NCBI GenBank assembly: GCA_964016885.1
Contig: OZ024742.1
Span: 81,220,001 to 81,284,000 of the forward strand
DNA length: 64,000 nucleotides
Source: Eledone cirrhosa
Taxonomy: Eukaryota
Direction: 5' to 3'
Both the position numbers and the translations under genes were made by a program. Positions 61,006-64,000 of the stretch are shown piece after piece. A model generated the notes under the pieces. It saw only the letters and a program-made list of their open reading frames with translations. It made no database searches and was not told the origin of the DNA. Numbering within the stretch: the first letter of the stretch is position 1; the number at the start of each line of letters is the position of its first letter.

Positions 61006-63005
61006 TGTCTCATTCCACTGGGGTACTGTGCTCTACGAATATAAACATCAACTGTGGTATATTCCAGGGTGACTCACTTTCACCCTTGCTTTTCTGCATA
61101 GTTTTAATACCCCTTACATCCAAACTTAATAGAAAGGTGAACGGTTATAGTATTGACAACAACAAAATAAGCCCCTTATTTTATATGGATGATTTGAAGC
61201 TATATTGCAACGATAATGCCGAACTGGAAGGCCTTTTGCGGACAGTAAAAATGTCTAACGATGACATCAGGATGGAGTTTGGACTTGACAAGTTTGCAAA
61301 GGCCACTTTCAAGAAGGGCAAGCTTGTCAACTCAGACTCAGTTGAATTGGATGCTGAAACAATCATAAAGGAACTTGAGCAGGAACAAAACTATAAATAC
61401 TTATGGATTAATGAGGGCTCTGGTATACAGCATGCAAACATGAAAGAGAGGATAAGGACAGAATGTTACAGGAGAGTACGTGCAGTTCTGAGATCAGAAC
61501 TAACCGCTCGTAACAAGGTGCTACCCATAAATTCCATCACAGTCCCAGTTGTCACTTATAGCCTCGGTGTTTTGAACTGGAATATGAGTGAAATCAAAAG
61601 AATCGACACCAAAGTCCGTAAGCTACTGACCTGTAATATGATGCACCACCCAAAAGCAGATGTGGATGGTCTTTAGCTTCCTAGAACTCAAGGAGCCCGT
61701 GGCCTGATCCAATTTGAACTTGTTTTGGACTGGCCAAATACCCTGAAACATCTAACGACTGTATGCTGAAGCGTGTTTTAAAACATGAGAGAAGTAAAAG
61801 CTTCATTCTATCTTGAAGGAGAGCAAAACATATAGTACTGATCTCTTGCTTGATACCCAGGCTGGACAGACTAAAGAAACTGTTGCAACTGATGCTGCTA
61901 GGCACATAACATCACTGGCAAAATCAAAAGGGCAAGTACAAAAAGCATCAAACTGGGAGCAGAAACATCTGCATGGCAAATAAGTGGCCCGTAGCAAACA
62001 AACTGATGTTGACCAAAAGCACACCCATCAGTGGCTACGCAGTTCAGGGCTAAAGGCGGAGAGCGACCGCTTTATCTTAGCTGCCCAAGATCAAAGTTAC
62101 TGACTCGTAATTACCAGCCCAATGTGATGAAAAACGGAATAAACCCAATGTGCCGAATCTGCAATGTTGAGGTTGAAACAGTGGATCACTTAGTCTCTGG
62201 ATATAAAGTTTTAGCACCAGTAGAATACAAATATAGACATGACTGAGTTTGCCAATATCTACACTGGGTAATATGTTGGCATTACAAAATTAAATTTGAA
62301 AAAAAGTGGTACAATCATCAACCAGAGGCTGTAACTGAAGGTGAAATAGTAACAATTCTCTGTGACTTTCCTGTACATACTGACAGGAACATAAAAGCAA
62401 ATAGACCTGACATCATTATAAAATATCAACACAACAAGGTCTGTTTATTGATAGATATGAGCATCCCATGTGATCACTATATCGTGGCAAAAGAATTTGA
62501 CAGGCTACGAAAATATAAAGATCTGCTTATTGAAATTGAGAAAATGTGGCACCTCAAGGCCGTTACAATACTGGGAATGATCAAGACTGGGAATGATCAA
62601 GAAAGAAACAGAACAATATTTGCGAATAATTCCTGGTTTATTTTTTGACCTGCCGCATGAAAAGTATTGGTGGGAGCATCAACCAACTCCCGTACTTGAA
62701 ACAGATTATATCTCAATCTTGTGGAACTTTAGCATCCAAACACACCGAAAAATAGTTGCAAATAGACCTGATATAATACTGAAAGAAATTAAAAAGAGGG
62801 TATGTCTGCTAATTGATATGTCCATTCCAATAGACAAGAATGTATCTATAAAAAACATTTAAAAAATTGAGCAAGTATAAAAGACCTGGAGATAGAAATT
62901 GTAAAAATGTGGAAGTTGAGAACTAAAACAATACAAGTGGTTGTGGGCGCTCTAGGAATGATATCTAAGGGGTCTAATGATTACTTATCCCAAATAGTCT
63001 AAACA
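61006..63005 (+). mobile_element. 5'-truncated R4/Dong-clade LINE (RT, CCHC, restriction-like endonuclease) in (AAT)n, with a second endonuclease segment at ~62650-63005
   Basis: GIFQGDSLSPLLF, YMDD, HHPKAD, CRIC..ETVDH..RHD, NRPDII..IDMSIP occurring twice. Confidence 0.9.
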
Positions 63006-63151
63006 CCTAAAGTTGTATGTGTGTGTATATATGTTCTTTCTTGAACATAGCGGACCTTGTTGTCTCTTCAGGTCACTAGTTGTGACTTGGTGATAACTCG
63101 TATGAATATAAAGCAAGATAAACGCAACTATAATAATAATAATAATAATAA

Positions 63152-63322
63152 GTGTTTCTAAGTTTGGCACAAGGCCAGCAATTACCTCACTGCATTACTG
63201 GTACATTATTTTATCGACCACGTAAGGATGAAAGGCAAAGTTAACCTCGGCGGGATTTGAACTCAGTCCGTAAAGGGACGTAACAATGCTGCAAAGCATA
63301 GCGTCCCACCGATACTGACAAT
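63152..63322 (-). mobile_element. SINE copy
   Basis: Reverse complement of the SINE head, B box, core and tail. Confidence 0.8.
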
Positions 63323-63775
63323 CCAATATGGTTTATATATGGATCGTATGTGTCTTATGCAGAGGCTTATTTGCATGTGGATTCCAAGACGCTATATAAT
63401 ATTTGAAGAAATCAATGTTGTATTGGAAAGGCTTGTATATCAAGGAACGAGAAACAACTTCCGGAATAGGTGGCGCTCAAGTTATCCTCACACTTATCGC
63501 AGAGCGTACTTCACCATTCAATTCCAAGAATAATTTTTCGTCCGATAACATAGGTTTTTTACTGCTGTGTAAGCCTCATTTCATCCTGTCATGTTTTGTA
63601 TGTATGAATGTGGAAAGTATAACATTGCACTCAATTGGTAATAAAAGAAAGTATTATTATTGTTGTTATTTTTGTTGTTGTTGTTGTTATCATCTTCACC
63701 ATCATCATCATTATTTCATGTGTCGATGTTTAGCCATTCATCACAAAACAGATTTTTCTTTCATAATGCACCCTT

Positions 63776-63875
<100 letters not shown>

Positions 63876-64000
63876 GTTGAATAAATAGCTAAAAGAATAT
63901 TAATGTATTGGTTTGTAAATTCTATTTTTTATCGCTTACTTGCGTTCCTATATTTTGTGTATTTCGATTTCTCCATATACTTAGATAATGTCTCTGGACA

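Overview
AT-rich, repeat-dominated eukaryotic DNA with no supportable host protein-coding gene. The (TA)n/(CA)n microsatellite load and the tRNA-derived Meta-core SINE family suggest an octopus-like cephalopod (inference). The window holds decayed retrotransposons: at least five Penelope-like elements (PLEs; RT and/or GIY-YIG), one RTE, one near full-length and several partial L1/Tx1-like LINEs, R4/Dong LINEs, SINEs and a probable solo LTR. It also holds DNA-transposon remnants (MULE, hAT, Helitron-like). The most striking feature is a dense population of non-coding elements, each sitting in a (TA)n tract and built as a foldback (inverted repeat) or as tandem units plus an inverted copy. Almost all carry a type I hammerhead ribozyme (HHR) with a short palindromic stem III. 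By eye I find about 17 loci and roughly 28 motifs from many unrelated sequence families. Several have non-canonical but covarying cores (U3:A8; U.U or C.A at 10.1/11.1; large stem II inserts). They look like non-autonomous PLE pLTR/retrozyme-type elements, and some could produce circular or double-stranded RNA. All folds were derived by eye; nothing was computed.
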